A DNA stretch of 32,000 bases from Acaryochloris marina S15 (lineage in GTDB: Bacteria; Cyanobacteriota; Cyanobacteriia; Thermosynechococcales; Thermosynechococcaceae). The stretch lies in contig NZ_CP064923.1 of the NCBI RefSeq assembly GCF_018336915.1, positions 4,590,001-4,622,000 on the forward strand, read 5' to 3'. The notes under the pieces were generated by a model, which was not told the DNA's origin, did no database searches, and was given only the letters and a program-made list of their open reading frames with translations. The translations under genes were made by a program, and so were the position numbers. This document shows, piece by piece, positions 17,956 through 27,451 of this stretch; within the stretch, counting starts at the first letter, position 1; the number at the start of each line of letters is the position of its first letter.

Positions 17956-18963
17956 ATGCCCCAGGAAGCAGGAAGTCACCCTCAACACCGGATCGAATGG
18001 ATTGACTATGCCAAAGGCATCGGTATTTTTCTAGTCGTTCTTGGCCATGTCCTGCGAGGTCTGGTGGATTCTGTAGGGGCAGGCTATGAGCAAGAGCTAT
18101 TGGCAATAGATCAGTGGATCTATGCCTTTCATATGCCCTTATTTTTCTTGCTCTCGGGTTTATTTGCAGACCGTGCCGTCACCAAATCCCCTAGAACATT
18201 TCTGATCGATCGATTTCAAAAGATCCTATATCCCTACTTCCTTTGGTCTGCCATCATTGGAGCCCTCAGAATTATCTCGGGCCAAAACAAAGGAACGACT
18301 CTGCCTCAATTTTTCACAGGGTTTTGGACCACCCTTTATTACCCTATCGATATCTTCTGGTTCTTATTTGCCTTATTTTTGGTCTCTACGATTTTCTATG
18401 GCTTAAGAAAGCTGCAGGTGCCCTTGCCCCTCATCCTCTTGGCCTCAAGTGTGCTGTACGGTGTGTCAGTGATTTTCCCCCTATGGATGAGTTGGGATCC
18501 TTGGCTACGAGTCCAAACCTATTCCCTCTATTTTGTGCTGGGAGCCATGGCTCGTCCGCTCCTCACGACTCCACGCCCTCCAAAAGCCCTAGGATTAGGC
18601 ATCATTGGCAGTGTTGTAGTCCTCACCCTTTGCATCTATTTTCAATTTCTAGTGACCCCTGATCCCAATCCAGCCCTAGCCTTGACCGGTGTGTATGGTT
18701 GCATCTTGCTCGCTAAGTTGATCGCCCAACAGCAATGGATGCCGCTCATCCGACATTGGGGCAGTGCATCCCTCCCGATTTATGTCTCCCATACCATCGC
18801 CACAGCCACGACGCGAATTATCCTCCAAAAAGGGCTAGTCACCCATCTTTATGCCCATATCGTCTTGGGGGTCATGGCAGGATTATTGCTGCCCATGCTT
18901 TTAGTAAAAGGCCTCGAACGGATCGGTTTTCCTTATTTGTTTACGTTGGCCCGTAAAGCATAA
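17956..18963 (+). CDS. Membrane-bound O-acyltransferase (acyltransferase family 3, OatA/WecH-like)
   Basis: 335 aa and polytopic. The N-terminal motif RIEWIDYAKGIGIFLVVLGHV, with its conserved His, is typical of acyltransferase_3. It starts 37 nt after the glycosidase gene. Confidence 0.75.
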   Translation: MPQEAGSHPQHRIEWIDYAKGIGIFLVVLGHVLRGLVDSVGAGYEQELLAIDQWIYAFHMPLFFLLSGLFADRAVTKSPRTFLIDRFQKILYPYFLWSAIIGALRIISGQNKGTTLPQFFTGFWTTLYYPIDIFWFLFALFLVSTIFYGLRKLQVPLPLILLASSVLYGVSVIFPLWMSWDPWLRVQTYSLYFVLGAMARPLLTTPRPPKALGLGIIGSVVVLTLCIYFQFLVTPDPNPALALTGVYGCILLAKLIAQQQWMPLIRHWGSASLPIYVSHTIATATTRIILQKGLVTHLYAHIVLGVMAGLLLPMLLVKGLERIGFPYLFTLARKA

Positions 18964-19032
18964 TCTTGACGGTTCGCATCTGCCCCCATGCTCAGCCTTG
19001 AAACGATAGAGAGAGCGGTCCTGTTATGACTC

Positions 19033-20274
19033 TTAGGGATTGGCTGCGTTCAAATGCTTGAGCCCCAAGCGCAGGGGACGAATTAGAAAATAGAGAAAAT
19101 ACAGGGGTTTCGGCAAAACCAGAAAGTCACGATCGTTGACATTCGGTAAACACTTGAGCCAAAAGCCATGGATAGGGCGGCGAATATCTAGGATACAGGC
19201 AATGCGATCGCGTCTCGTTTCCGTCATCTGCCAGTGACGAATAAACTTCTGAGGCGTAAAGCTTCTGCCTAATTCATTCTCTTGATCAAACAGTCGTTGG
19301 GCAAAATCTTGCGCCAGTCGCGAGCAACCTGGATGAGCATTAATTTTGACTCGCACAACATCTGGCAGCTCGGTCCCCAGCACTTGCTGGGTCAGACACA
19401 ATCCCAGCAGGACCATACGTTCACATCCCATCTGGGCAGCCCCCTGTAAAAAATGCGGCCAATCGCGCCCTGGCGTTTGTTGGATGCACTCGGATAAATC
19501 ACAGATCCATTTGAGTTTTCGCCAACAATCTTTTGAGCCATGAATGCAGAGATACATCAATAAATCATCTGAACCAAAGCTATAGAACGTATGCCCTGAA
19601 AGCAATACAGGCTCGCGATTACCCCAAAGGTAATCAAACGTAAATTGAGAAGACAAAAATCGTTCTACCGTAAGGGTTTGGTGTAAATCAATCGATACGG
19701 CATCCTTGATCAACTGATATTCACTTTTAGAGTTGCGGAGGGTTAACTCCAAATCCTGATCAAGCAAATTCCACTCATAGGCCAGTTGATATCCCTCCGC
19801 AACCAGCACCTCTATGGTTTGAGCAAAGTCTTGAGGACTCACCAAAATATCTAGATCACAAAAATGTCTTAAGCTGATGCTGCCATACACAGATGCTGCT
19901 AACACCGGTCCTTTAAAAGGTAAGGCTCGAATATCATGGGTCTGCAAAAGATCAAGAATCTTGAGCAAATCTCTAGTCAAGATGGTATTAAAGATGGAGA
20001 TCTGTTGGGCATAAACCGTTAGATCCTTGAGAACGGCGATAGGAATCTGATCCGCCCCAATCGACTTGACCGATTGATACAACAACGTCTGGACACCGTG
20101 GGCATTAGCGAGTCGAACCAGGGTATGCCAATCAATCGAAGGCTGCAGAAGATGTAGAATTCGTGCTTGCTGATCTAGATCAATCTTCGTGCGGCAACAA
20201 GTCAGCAAGAGTTCAACTTCAGGGCTAATTACAGCCTTATTCTCAAGTCCTACAGCAGTCATTAAGTCCTTCAA
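19033..20274 (-). CDS. Nucleotidyltransferase family protein (NTP_transf_5 / PF14907-like), function unknown
   Basis: ELLLTCCRTKIDLDQQARILHLLQPSIDWHTLVRLANAHGVQTLLYQSV and the FCDLDILV motif match my recollection of this uncharacterised nucleotidyltransferase family. It is the last gene of the minus-strand polysaccharide operon. Confidence 0.65.
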   Translation of the reverse strand: MKDLMTAVGLENKAVISPEVELLLTCCRTKIDLDQQARILHLLQPSIDWHTLVRLANAHGVQTLLYQSVKSIGADQIPIAVLKDLTVYAQQISIFNTILTRDLLKILDLLQTHDIRALPFKGPVLAASVYGSISLRHFCDLDILVSPQDFAQTIEVLVAEGYQLAYEWNLLDQDLELTLRNSKSEYQLIKDAVSIDLHQTLTVERFLSSQFTFDYLWGNREPVLLSGHTFYSFGSDDLLMYLCIHGSKDCWRKLKWICDLSECIQQTPGRDWPHFLQGAAQMGCERMVLLGLCLTQQVLGTELPDVVRVKINAHPGCSRLAQDFAQRLFDQENELGRSFTPQKFIRHWQMTETRRDRIACILDIRRPIHGFWLKCLPNVNDRDFLVLPKPLYFLYFLIRPLRLGLKHLNAANP

Positions 20275-20289
20275 TATCTCATCCTAGGA

Positions 20290-21264
20290 TTAAATATTCC
20301 CTTTATAGAGTTTAATTAGCTCTCTATCTGATAGGACAACAGTATCTTTTTTACCTATAAAATAATAGCCAGATGCAGCATCAAATACACCCGATTGTTG
20401 AACTAAATACCGATCAAAATATTGCAAATAGAAGGATGTCAGTCTAGTAAAAATTTTGATCAGCTTACGCAACGCTTTCCGTTTTGTAAAACTGAGCAAA
20501 AAGTACTGATAGGACCAGGCCAAAGCCATGCCTGGACCACCGACAGGTCCACTCTCCACCTCTTGAAAGTGACGAAATAAACGTCGATGTCCTAAATGGG
20601 TAAATCGCGTAAAGTCATAGCGCCCCATATGCACTTGTTGCATAAAAGGGGTTTCAGCATACACTAGACCATTCGGCTTCAGAACTCGATGCATCTCTGC
20701 TACACATCGATATGGATCCACCACATGTTCCAGTACTGCCTGAATAATCACACCATCTATAGACTGATCAGCAAACGGGAGATCGTGAGCATCGCAGATT
20801 AACTGGGTCCGTTCACTGAAATAAATATCACTTTCAATCAGTTCAATATTAGATTGGCTGACCAATGCTTCCATTCCTTGTCCCAAATTGCCACAGCCAA
20901 TCACTAACACTTTGGGATGGTCTGAATATTGCAAAAGCTGCTGCGTGAACTGTTTATAGTTCTGCTTAGCAACCGGATTGACATCAATATTGGGCAGTGC
21001 AGCACTGATTCGAGCTTTTACCCCATTGCCTGTTGGCGGAACAATAGTCCCTTCCTCCTCCTCAAATTCTGCAATGGAAAAAATGCTGGTGCTTTCATTC
21101 AATAGGATGGGAGCACTATTGACAACAGGAAAGATCGAAGGACAGCCAGGATTCTGACAAGACAAATGATGGTCCTGCAACTCCAGGTGGCCTTTACAAA
21201 CCGGGCAGCATAGCAAAGATAGAGCAACGTCAGAAAAACGGAATTGAGAACCCATACTTGTCAT
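20290..21264 (-). CDS. Class I SAM-dependent methyltransferase with N-terminal Trm112-like zinc ribbon
   Basis: LLCCPVCKGHLELQDHHLSCQNPGC (4-Cys ribbon), motif I VLVIGCGNLGQG, then DGVIIQAVLEHVVDP...LKPNGLVY. Confidence 0.8.
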   Translation of the reverse strand: MTSMGSQFRFSDVALSLLCCPVCKGHLELQDHHLSCQNPGCPSIFPVVNSAPILLNESTSIFSIAEFEEEEGTIVPPTGNGVKARISAALPNIDVNPVAKQNYKQFTQQLLQYSDHPKVLVIGCGNLGQGMEALVSQSNIELIESDIYFSERTQLICDAHDLPFADQSIDGVIIQAVLEHVVDPYRCVAEMHRVLKPNGLVYAETPFMQQVHMGRYDFTRFTHLGHRRLFRHFQEVESGPVGGPGMALAWSYQYFLLSFTKRKALRKLIKIFTRLTSFYLQYFDRYLVQQSGVFDAASGYYFIGKKDTVVLSDRELIKLYKGNI

Positions 21265-21370
21265 TTACATATGTTGGGGTGAGCAGAGTTTATATTACGC
21301 GCAGTATCTTCACCAGACTCAACGCTCTGAAACCAATTTAATTCTACAAAATTAATTTGCAAATCCTACC

Positions 21371-22522
21371 TCAAACCAGAGTGGTGAGGGCTTGATCAAC
21401 GGCACCGAGGCAAACCTCGGGGGCAAACTTAGTGGCAGCAGACTGCATCCCTTGTTTAGCTAAAGTCGAGGCAAGCTGTTGATCATTCAAAAGCTCACGA
21501 ATAGCTGCTGCCAATACATCGGCATTACCTGGGGGTACTAATCGCCCCGATTGTCGATCTGCAATCACTTCCAACATGCCGCCTGCCGCTGTAGCAATCA
21601 CTGGCTTTTGGGCTAGCTGTCCTTCAATGGCAATTCTGGCACAGGGTTCAGGCTCAGTAGAGGCATGGATGACAATATCGCAAGCTTTCATCAAAGCCGG
21701 GACATCTTGTCGAAATCCCAACCAATGAATTCGATCCGCTAAGTCATCCGTAGCCGCCATTTCTTTAATCATAGAAACATAGTCTTGCTCTCCAAACAAA
21801 GCATCTCCCACCAATAACCCATGTACATCCGGTAAAGATCGCAGCGCTTCAATAAGGACATGTTGACCTTTCCATGGAGATAATCGGCTAAAGAGTCCCA
21901 CCAAAGGCACATCACCCAGACCTAATTCTTGGCGAACAGCATTTGCAGCATCAGGCGTCACTTGATCAAACCGGTCAGATTCAATCCCGTCATACATCAC
22001 CTTAACTAGATCAGGACGACCGCCCACGGCGATAAAGGCATCAGCCGTTGCCTGGGATGCAACCCACACTTGAGCAGCCCGGCTATTCGCCAGAGTGATG
22101 GCTACACGGCGATTCACACCACTAAAATGCTTAGCAGTCAGGATATCTCGCAAATGCCAAACTAACGGAGGCGTCCCGATTAGCGTTGCCAAGCTAGAAG
22201 CAATAAAAGCTTTTTGAGAATTCGCACAAATGAAGTCAAATCCTTGAGAGGCTTTAGCAATCTGCTGGGCCATTTGCCACAAAGCTGGAATCGCTTTGAG
22301 AGAAGCCAAGCCACTTGATGTGCGGATAGACAACAGAGAGTCCGGTGCATTGACGACGGTAACCGGCACCCCAGCCTTTTCCAGAACCTGACGAAACGGT
22401 CCATCTTCAAAGAGCAACATCTGGCTCGTTGCTCGATAGGCAGCAGCAATACTCAAACAGCAATATTCTGCCCCTGCTAGCGCACCAACGTGATTTACAA
22501 AGAGAATGCGATGCTGTTTCAT
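21371..22522 (-). CDS. Glycosyltransferase family 4 (GT-B fold)
   Basis: 383 aa. The C-terminal half carries the GT4 signature region HASTEPEPCARIAIEGQLAQKPVIATAAGGMLEVI. Confidence 0.8.
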   Translation of the reverse strand: MKQHRILFVNHVGALAGAEYCCLSIAAAYRATSQMLLFEDGPFRQVLEKAGVPVTVVNAPDSLLSIRTSSGLASLKAIPALWQMAQQIAKASQGFDFICANSQKAFIASSLATLIGTPPLVWHLRDILTAKHFSGVNRRVAITLANSRAAQVWVASQATADAFIAVGGRPDLVKVMYDGIESDRFDQVTPDAANAVRQELGLGDVPLVGLFSRLSPWKGQHVLIEALRSLPDVHGLLVGDALFGEQDYVSMIKEMAATDDLADRIHWLGFRQDVPALMKACDIVIHASTEPEPCARIAIEGQLAQKPVIATAAGGMLEVIADRQSGRLVPPGNADVLAAAIRELLNDQQLASTLAKQGMQSAATKFAPEVCLGAVDQALTTLV

Positions 22523-22600
22523 ATACTGTTTGACTTTGACGATATCAATAAGATTTAGAGAAGTTAGTCAGAGTGAGCAAAGTTATTTGCCTATTACCTC

Positions 22601-23749
22601 TTATGAGTATTCATCCAAAACCTCCTGGTAAGACCCTTGAATTTGCTGCACAATAACAGACCAGTCGTAATTTTTACGCACATGGTCTTCACATACTTGC
22701 GGGCTCGGTAAATGACGTTTCTCTGAACAAACTTCCAGAATGCCTGACGCAATATGTTGAGGGGAATATCCCGGCAGCACTAAATCCTCACAAAAGGGCC
22801 TCAAAATTTCTGGAATCCCGCCAACAGGAGTCCCTAAAATGGGGGTGCCCGCTGCCAAGGACTCTAAAACCACTAACCCGAATCCCTCCAATGAGAGGGT
22901 GGGTAGAATGGCTAAGTCAGCAGCACGATAGGCCATCGGCAAGGCTTGATCAGGAAGATACCCAATCATCTGAACATGATTATTGAGTCCCAATTCCTGT
23001 ATGCGTGCTTTCAGAGCCAGCTCTTGTTCACCCTTGCCAGCCATCATTACCAAGACTTCCGGATACTGCTGACAGACAGTCGCCATCGCTTCCACTAAAT
23101 TGTCTAAGCCCATGCGCTTGGACAATCTGCGAGCCGTAAACAAAATGAAGCGATCTTGTGGCCATTGTAAATTAGCCCTTGCGGACTCAGGTGACACAGA
23201 GGTTGCAAACCGATCAGTATCTACTCCTCCAGGAATAATCTGAATCAGCTCCTCAGGAATATCATAGGTACGATGCAGAATATCTTTGAAGGCCTGAGAT
23301 AAAACAATAAAACGCTTAGCACGGCTAAATACAGCCCTTTCCATCGCTTTTCTGACTTGGAAGCCCAGGCTTTTATTGCTTTCCACAATACTTTCTAAAG
23401 ACCAAGGACCATGAAAATGGAAAATAAAGGGGCGATGGTCGAGCTGGTCAAGCATCGGAACAGTGTACAGAGCAAAATGGGACACTAATAGTGAAACATC
23501 TTCCTGCTGGAGAAGCGTGCGAGCAGTTTGACGTGCCCCCCAAAATCTTTGAAGTAGAGAAGACTGGCGCGGTGCAAATGCCGTGACTTGATCGTGGGTT
23601 TGCTCAGCCACAGTGGGAGGGCCAGTGACCACACCAGCAACCTCAACCCCTGCCTGAGGAAGATATCGAGTCAAATCATAGTAGTAGCGATCTAACCCCC
23701 CTCCTTGCTTATCAGGGAACCAATCCATACCAATTTGCAAGGTTTTCAT
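22601..23749 (-). CDS. Glycosyltransferase family 4 (GT-B fold)
   Basis: 382 aa. LPTLSLEGFGLVVLESLAAGTPILGTPVGGIPEIL is an E-x7-E region. Confidence 0.8.
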   Translation of the reverse strand: MKTLQIGMDWFPDKQGGGLDRYYYDLTRYLPQAGVEVAGVVTGPPTVAEQTHDQVTAFAPRQSSLLQRFWGARQTARTLLQQEDVSLLVSHFALYTVPMLDQLDHRPFIFHFHGPWSLESIVESNKSLGFQVRKAMERAVFSRAKRFIVLSQAFKDILHRTYDIPEELIQIIPGGVDTDRFATSVSPESARANLQWPQDRFILFTARRLSKRMGLDNLVEAMATVCQQYPEVLVMMAGKGEQELALKARIQELGLNNHVQMIGYLPDQALPMAYRAADLAILPTLSLEGFGLVVLESLAAGTPILGTPVGGIPEILRPFCEDLVLPGYSPQHIASGILEVCSEKRHLPSPQVCEDHVRKNYDWSVIVQQIQGSYQEVLDEYS

Positions 23750-24897
23750 ATTGAGTCTCGCTTGTTAATGGCTGCTTCATAGGCAGCTAAACGCTTTTGA
23801 GCGATAGTGAACCAGCTATAGTTCTGGGCCGTTTGATAAGCATTTTGTTGCAGTCGGGTTAATTCGGAACGGTCATGGATCAATCGTTCTAGGGATTCAA
23901 CAATAGCCCGACTATCTCTCACCGGAACGAATAAGGCATCATGCCCCTCTTGAGCAATATCTGAGGGTCCGGGAGCTGGCGTTGTCACGGGAGCCAAACC
24001 ACAGGCCATCGCTTCAATCAGGACTTTACCAAAGCCTTCTGAGAGAGTAGGAAACAACTTAATATCAAATCCTTTGAGTAGGGCAGGCAATTCTTCGTGT
24101 TGATAATAGCTGATGACGGTGAGGCGATCATGGACTTGCGGATCAAAGTCAGCATAAACCTGTTCTGGCACACCATAACCATTGAGTTCAGTCCCAATCA
24201 AGCTCACTTCGACCTCAGGGTATTTCAGTAATATCTCATTGAGAGCGGGGGTACTATACTCTATGCCTTTACGCTGAACATAGGTTCCAACCTGAGCTAT
24301 GCGAATCCGTCCATCCTCATGATATTTCAGGGGTAAATTCAGAAAATAATTCGGTAATCCATTGGGAAAAACATGAGCGGTCTCCGGATTAACGTGTAAT
24401 TGGTTCACTGCATACTCAGCATCCACGCGGTTCAGAAAGAAGGTTAAATCCGCACATTTTAACGACTGAGCGATTTCCCACAATTGAATACTGCCTCGGT
24501 AAAGGGGATACTTCCAACTCAGATCCAGGTTCCCCAGGGCTGCATCTTGCAGGCGTTCTTCATGCTCTAAATGATCTAAACCATGGCTTCTAGTAACTAA
24601 TAAGGGAGGGGTTGGCGTTAGACGACGGAGCAAACGTGCCCACACCCAAGCATCCCCGGTAGAGGCATCAATGACATCAATCTTGTTTTGTCTCAGGACT
24701 TGAGCAATCTTAAGGGCAGTCATCTCAGGAAAGACGACATCTTTAAGCCTCATAGATAGCCATGGAGGTAGGTCATCAAAAGAGTATGTATAGACTTGAT
24801 GTCCTAGCTCTTGATACTTTTCTTTGAGGTTTAAGGTACTCCCTGCAGCGCCTGAATTCGGATCAAGATATTCATGGAGAATCAACAGGATATTCAT
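23746..24897 (-). CDS. Glycosyltransferase family 4 (GT-B fold)
   Basis: 383 aa with FPTLSEGFGKVLIEAMACGLAPVTT. Its stop overlaps the downstream GT start by 4 nt (23746-23749). Confidence 0.8.
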   Translation of the reverse strand: MNILLILHEYLDPNSGAAGSTLNLKEKYQELGHQVYTYSFDDLPPWLSMRLKDVVFPEMTALKIAQVLRQNKIDVIDASTGDAWVWARLLRRLTPTPPLLVTRSHGLDHLEHEERLQDAALGNLDLSWKYPLYRGSIQLWEIAQSLKCADLTFFLNRVDAEYAVNQLHVNPETAHVFPNGLPNYFLNLPLKYHEDGRIRIAQVGTYVQRKGIEYSTPALNEILLKYPEVEVSLIGTELNGYGVPEQVYADFDPQVHDRLTVISYYQHEELPALLKGFDIKLFPTLSEGFGKVLIEAMACGLAPVTTPAPGPSDIAQEGHDALFVPVRDSRAIVESLERLIHDRSELTRLQQNAYQTAQNYSWFTIAQKRLAAYEAAINKRDSI

Positions 24898-24997
24898 ACT
24901 CTGTTTAAGTAATCAGAAAAGATAAATGATTAGCACTGAAAATAGAGATATCTAAAGCAAAGAATATTTCACCAAGTCGGCATTTAAATAATTACGG

Positions 24998-25702
24998 TCA
25001 ATGTAACGTACAAAAATAGATATCATCCTTCTCTATATCAAATCCAAACCTTTGACGTTCCTCAGAACTGAACTCTTGCAAATACGGCATAACCGAGACA
25101 CAAAATCCAGCTTTTTCTAAGCGATCTTTATAATCCAAGCCATAGACACGTACATGATCACTTTGGCCAAAATGTTGCTCTCGTTGCTGTGGATCGGTGA
25201 TGCTCCAATCTTCATAGGTTTGCTCTCGTAAGATGGGAACTTGAATCACAGCCCAGCCTTCTGGCTTCAATACTCTTGATAGCTCACCCATAGCTTTAGC
25301 ATCATCTGGAATATGTTCCAAAACGTGTGAGCAATAGATGATGTCAAAACTGTTATCAGGGTATTGAATATCGGTCAGATCCATTTTGACCATTGCCGAG
25401 TTATTCAAATCTGCCGTTAAATAGTCAATCGACTCACATTGTGAAAATTTGTCTGATAAGCACTCTTCGGGAGCAATGTGCAGCATCTTTTTAAGATTGG
25501 CAGCAAACAAGTTCGTTTTTTGCCTAAAAAATAGCCACATCATTCGATGTCTTTCCAAACTACTACAGACAGGACAGATGGCATTCAACCGAACCTGAGT
25601 TGTACCCATCGGCTTGAAGAGACGCACATTGGATTGGCAAATTGGACAATGATGCTGAACTCCAAAATACAAGGTCTTTTTAAGAGTTTTAACGATGGGC
25701 AT
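24998..25702 (-). CDS. Class I SAM-dependent methyltransferase with N-terminal zinc ribbon
   Basis: CPICQS...CPVCSS ribbon, LHIAPE motif, then FDIIYCSHVLEHIPDD...LKPEGWAVIQVP. Confidence 0.8.
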   Translation of the reverse strand: MPIVKTLKKTLYFGVQHHCPICQSNVRLFKPMGTTQVRLNAICPVCSSLERHRMMWLFFRQKTNLFAANLKKMLHIAPEECLSDKFSQCESIDYLTADLNNSAMVKMDLTDIQYPDNSFDIIYCSHVLEHIPDDAKAMGELSRVLKPEGWAVIQVPILREQTYEDWSITDPQQREQHFGQSDHVRVYGLDYKDRLEKAGFCVSVMPYLQEFSSEERQRFGFDIEKDDIYFCTLH

Positions 25703-25722
25703 AGTATATTAACATCCTAGGA

Positions 25723-27132
25723 TTATTGCTGCACAATGTAGTGAACTTTATAGTACTTATAAGCGGCTATACCCAGACTCAGAAATGTCCAAACGATTAA
25801 CCCAGGAATTTCTGGAAAATATTGGCCTGTCAGCATCATTGGTAATAATCCCACACAAAGAATTTTGATGGCGATGAGAAAATTATCTCGGCTCGGTGGT
25901 TTAACTGTCACTATTTTGGCAATCAGCATAAACACACCCACAAAATAGATCATGGTGCCAATTAAACCGAACCATAACAGCATGGGTAAAAAGGTACCGT
26001 CTCCACTACTAATATTGCTAATGGATTCTAGGTAAAAGCCAAAGCCTTTACCAACCGGGTTAAATACAATTTTCTCAAATAAGTCAGAAAAAGCTTCTGC
26101 TCTAAGGTTAAGGGCTTCATCACTTTCTAGAGACTGAAAACTTGCAAATCTCTGACTAATACGCTCATTCAATTCACTCACTGACAAGACAACAATGAGG
26201 ATGCTCGAAAAAGTTAAGGTTAGTAGACCAAACAGCTTAGACTGTTGCTGTGGGCGCAGTGTCGTAATATACAAGCCCATCACCAACAACAGACAGAGCC
26301 ATGCGGTTCGAACCACGCCAGCTAAAAGGGTAATCGCTCCAAATAAAAGCGCTAAATATTGAGTCCAACCCAAGGGCGGACAAAGGGATAGCAAGACCCC
26401 TGTAACCATGGGAAATGACAACTGGTGAGCCGCTGAGGTGGTACTCCAAACCCGAATCCCAAAGGGTTCAGGGGTACCTCTAGCTTGGATACCTGTAAAA
26501 GTTAAATAGAAACGATCCCAGTCGGGGGCGACGACATATTGATAAAGCCCATAAATGCCCATGACAATCACGGCATAAATGAATATTTTGTAAATTGCTT
26601 GGCATAATTCAGGATAGTTTTGCCAGTGAGAGTATAAATAATAACCAAATACAATTGGACAAATAAATCCAAGTGCTAAGTCAACCATTGAAAAGTCTCG
26701 AATGGGGTTATTCGCAAGACCGACTAACACACCATAGGTCACCGTACCTAGGCATAGAATAAAAGGCAATCCGACAGACTTTAGTTCTCTGGGAAAGCTC
26801 TTAATACAGTTGGGTAAAACAATTAAGCTAACCAGTTCTGGGGTTGTGTAAAACCCTCCCATCGTATACTCACCCGCCTGAAAATCAATGATGCGACGAA
26901 TCAGGCTACTGAGAAACCACAGCCAAAATGTATAGGCAATATATAGTCTGGGACAATATTGGTAGAGGTAGATACCGACCGCAAGAGCGCAGACGGGGTA
27001 AATCAGCACTAGAAATCGGCCAGCACCGATGAGAAAGAAGAATATCAGCAGGCCAATTAATCCCCCAATCGCTAACCATCCATACTTTTCATAAGGACTG
27101 GGTTTAAGGCTAGCAGTTGAGAATGTATCCAT
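25723..27132 (-). CDS. O-antigen polymerase/ligase (Wzy_C) family membrane protein, copy 1
   Basis: 469 aa and highly hydrophobic with about 10 or more predicted helices. The conserved loop ends in RTAWLCLLL (the R-x-A-W-L motif of the Wzy_C family). Confidence 0.7.
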   Translation of the reverse strand: MDTFSTASLKPSPYEKYGWLAIGGLIGLLIFFFLIGAGRFLVLIYPVCALAVGIYLYQYCPRLYIAYTFWLWFLSSLIRRIIDFQAGEYTMGGFYTTPELVSLIVLPNCIKSFPRELKSVGLPFILCLGTVTYGVLVGLANNPIRDFSMVDLALGFICPIVFGYYLYSHWQNYPELCQAIYKIFIYAVIVMGIYGLYQYVVAPDWDRFYLTFTGIQARGTPEPFGIRVWSTTSAAHQLSFPMVTGVLLSLCPPLGWTQYLALLFGAITLLAGVVRTAWLCLLLVMGLYITTLRPQQQSKLFGLLTLTFSSILIVVLSVSELNERISQRFASFQSLESDEALNLRAEAFSDLFEKIVFNPVGKGFGFYLESISNISSGDGTFLPMLLWFGLIGTMIYFVGVFMLIAKIVTVKPPSRDNFLIAIKILCVGLLPMMLTGQYFPEIPGLIVWTFLSLGIAAYKYYKVHYIVQQ

Positions 27133-27451
27133 AAATAAGCGTATTCAGGCCGATGTCTAATAGTTATAGAGTATCTAGTCAAGATAGTGTGAAAGTTAGG
27201 GGTGACGATACTAGGCCAGCAAAGGTTGCATGCGTTGGTGAATATCGAAGTGAGATTGGACCTGAACATCGCCCATTCCTCTTTACCAATGTACTCACTA
27301 AGCATCTTGGGTGCCCAATGAAGGACAACTTTTGCAGACACGCTCACGCCATACTTTGATACCCACGACATTGATGCAGTTCACGACTCATGCTGTGCCA
27401 CAGTAAGTTCGCAAGAATCATCGAAAGCAAAACACGTGACATCCATCATTC

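Noticed and set aside
18243-18956. ORFs 18243-18662 and 18735-18956 inside the acyltransferase gene, and 15823-16080 / 15855-16151 inside the glycosidase gene
   Set aside because: They are alternative-frame ORFs fully nested in genes that have clear family motifs. Their translations are Pro/Ser/His-rich and not protein-like.
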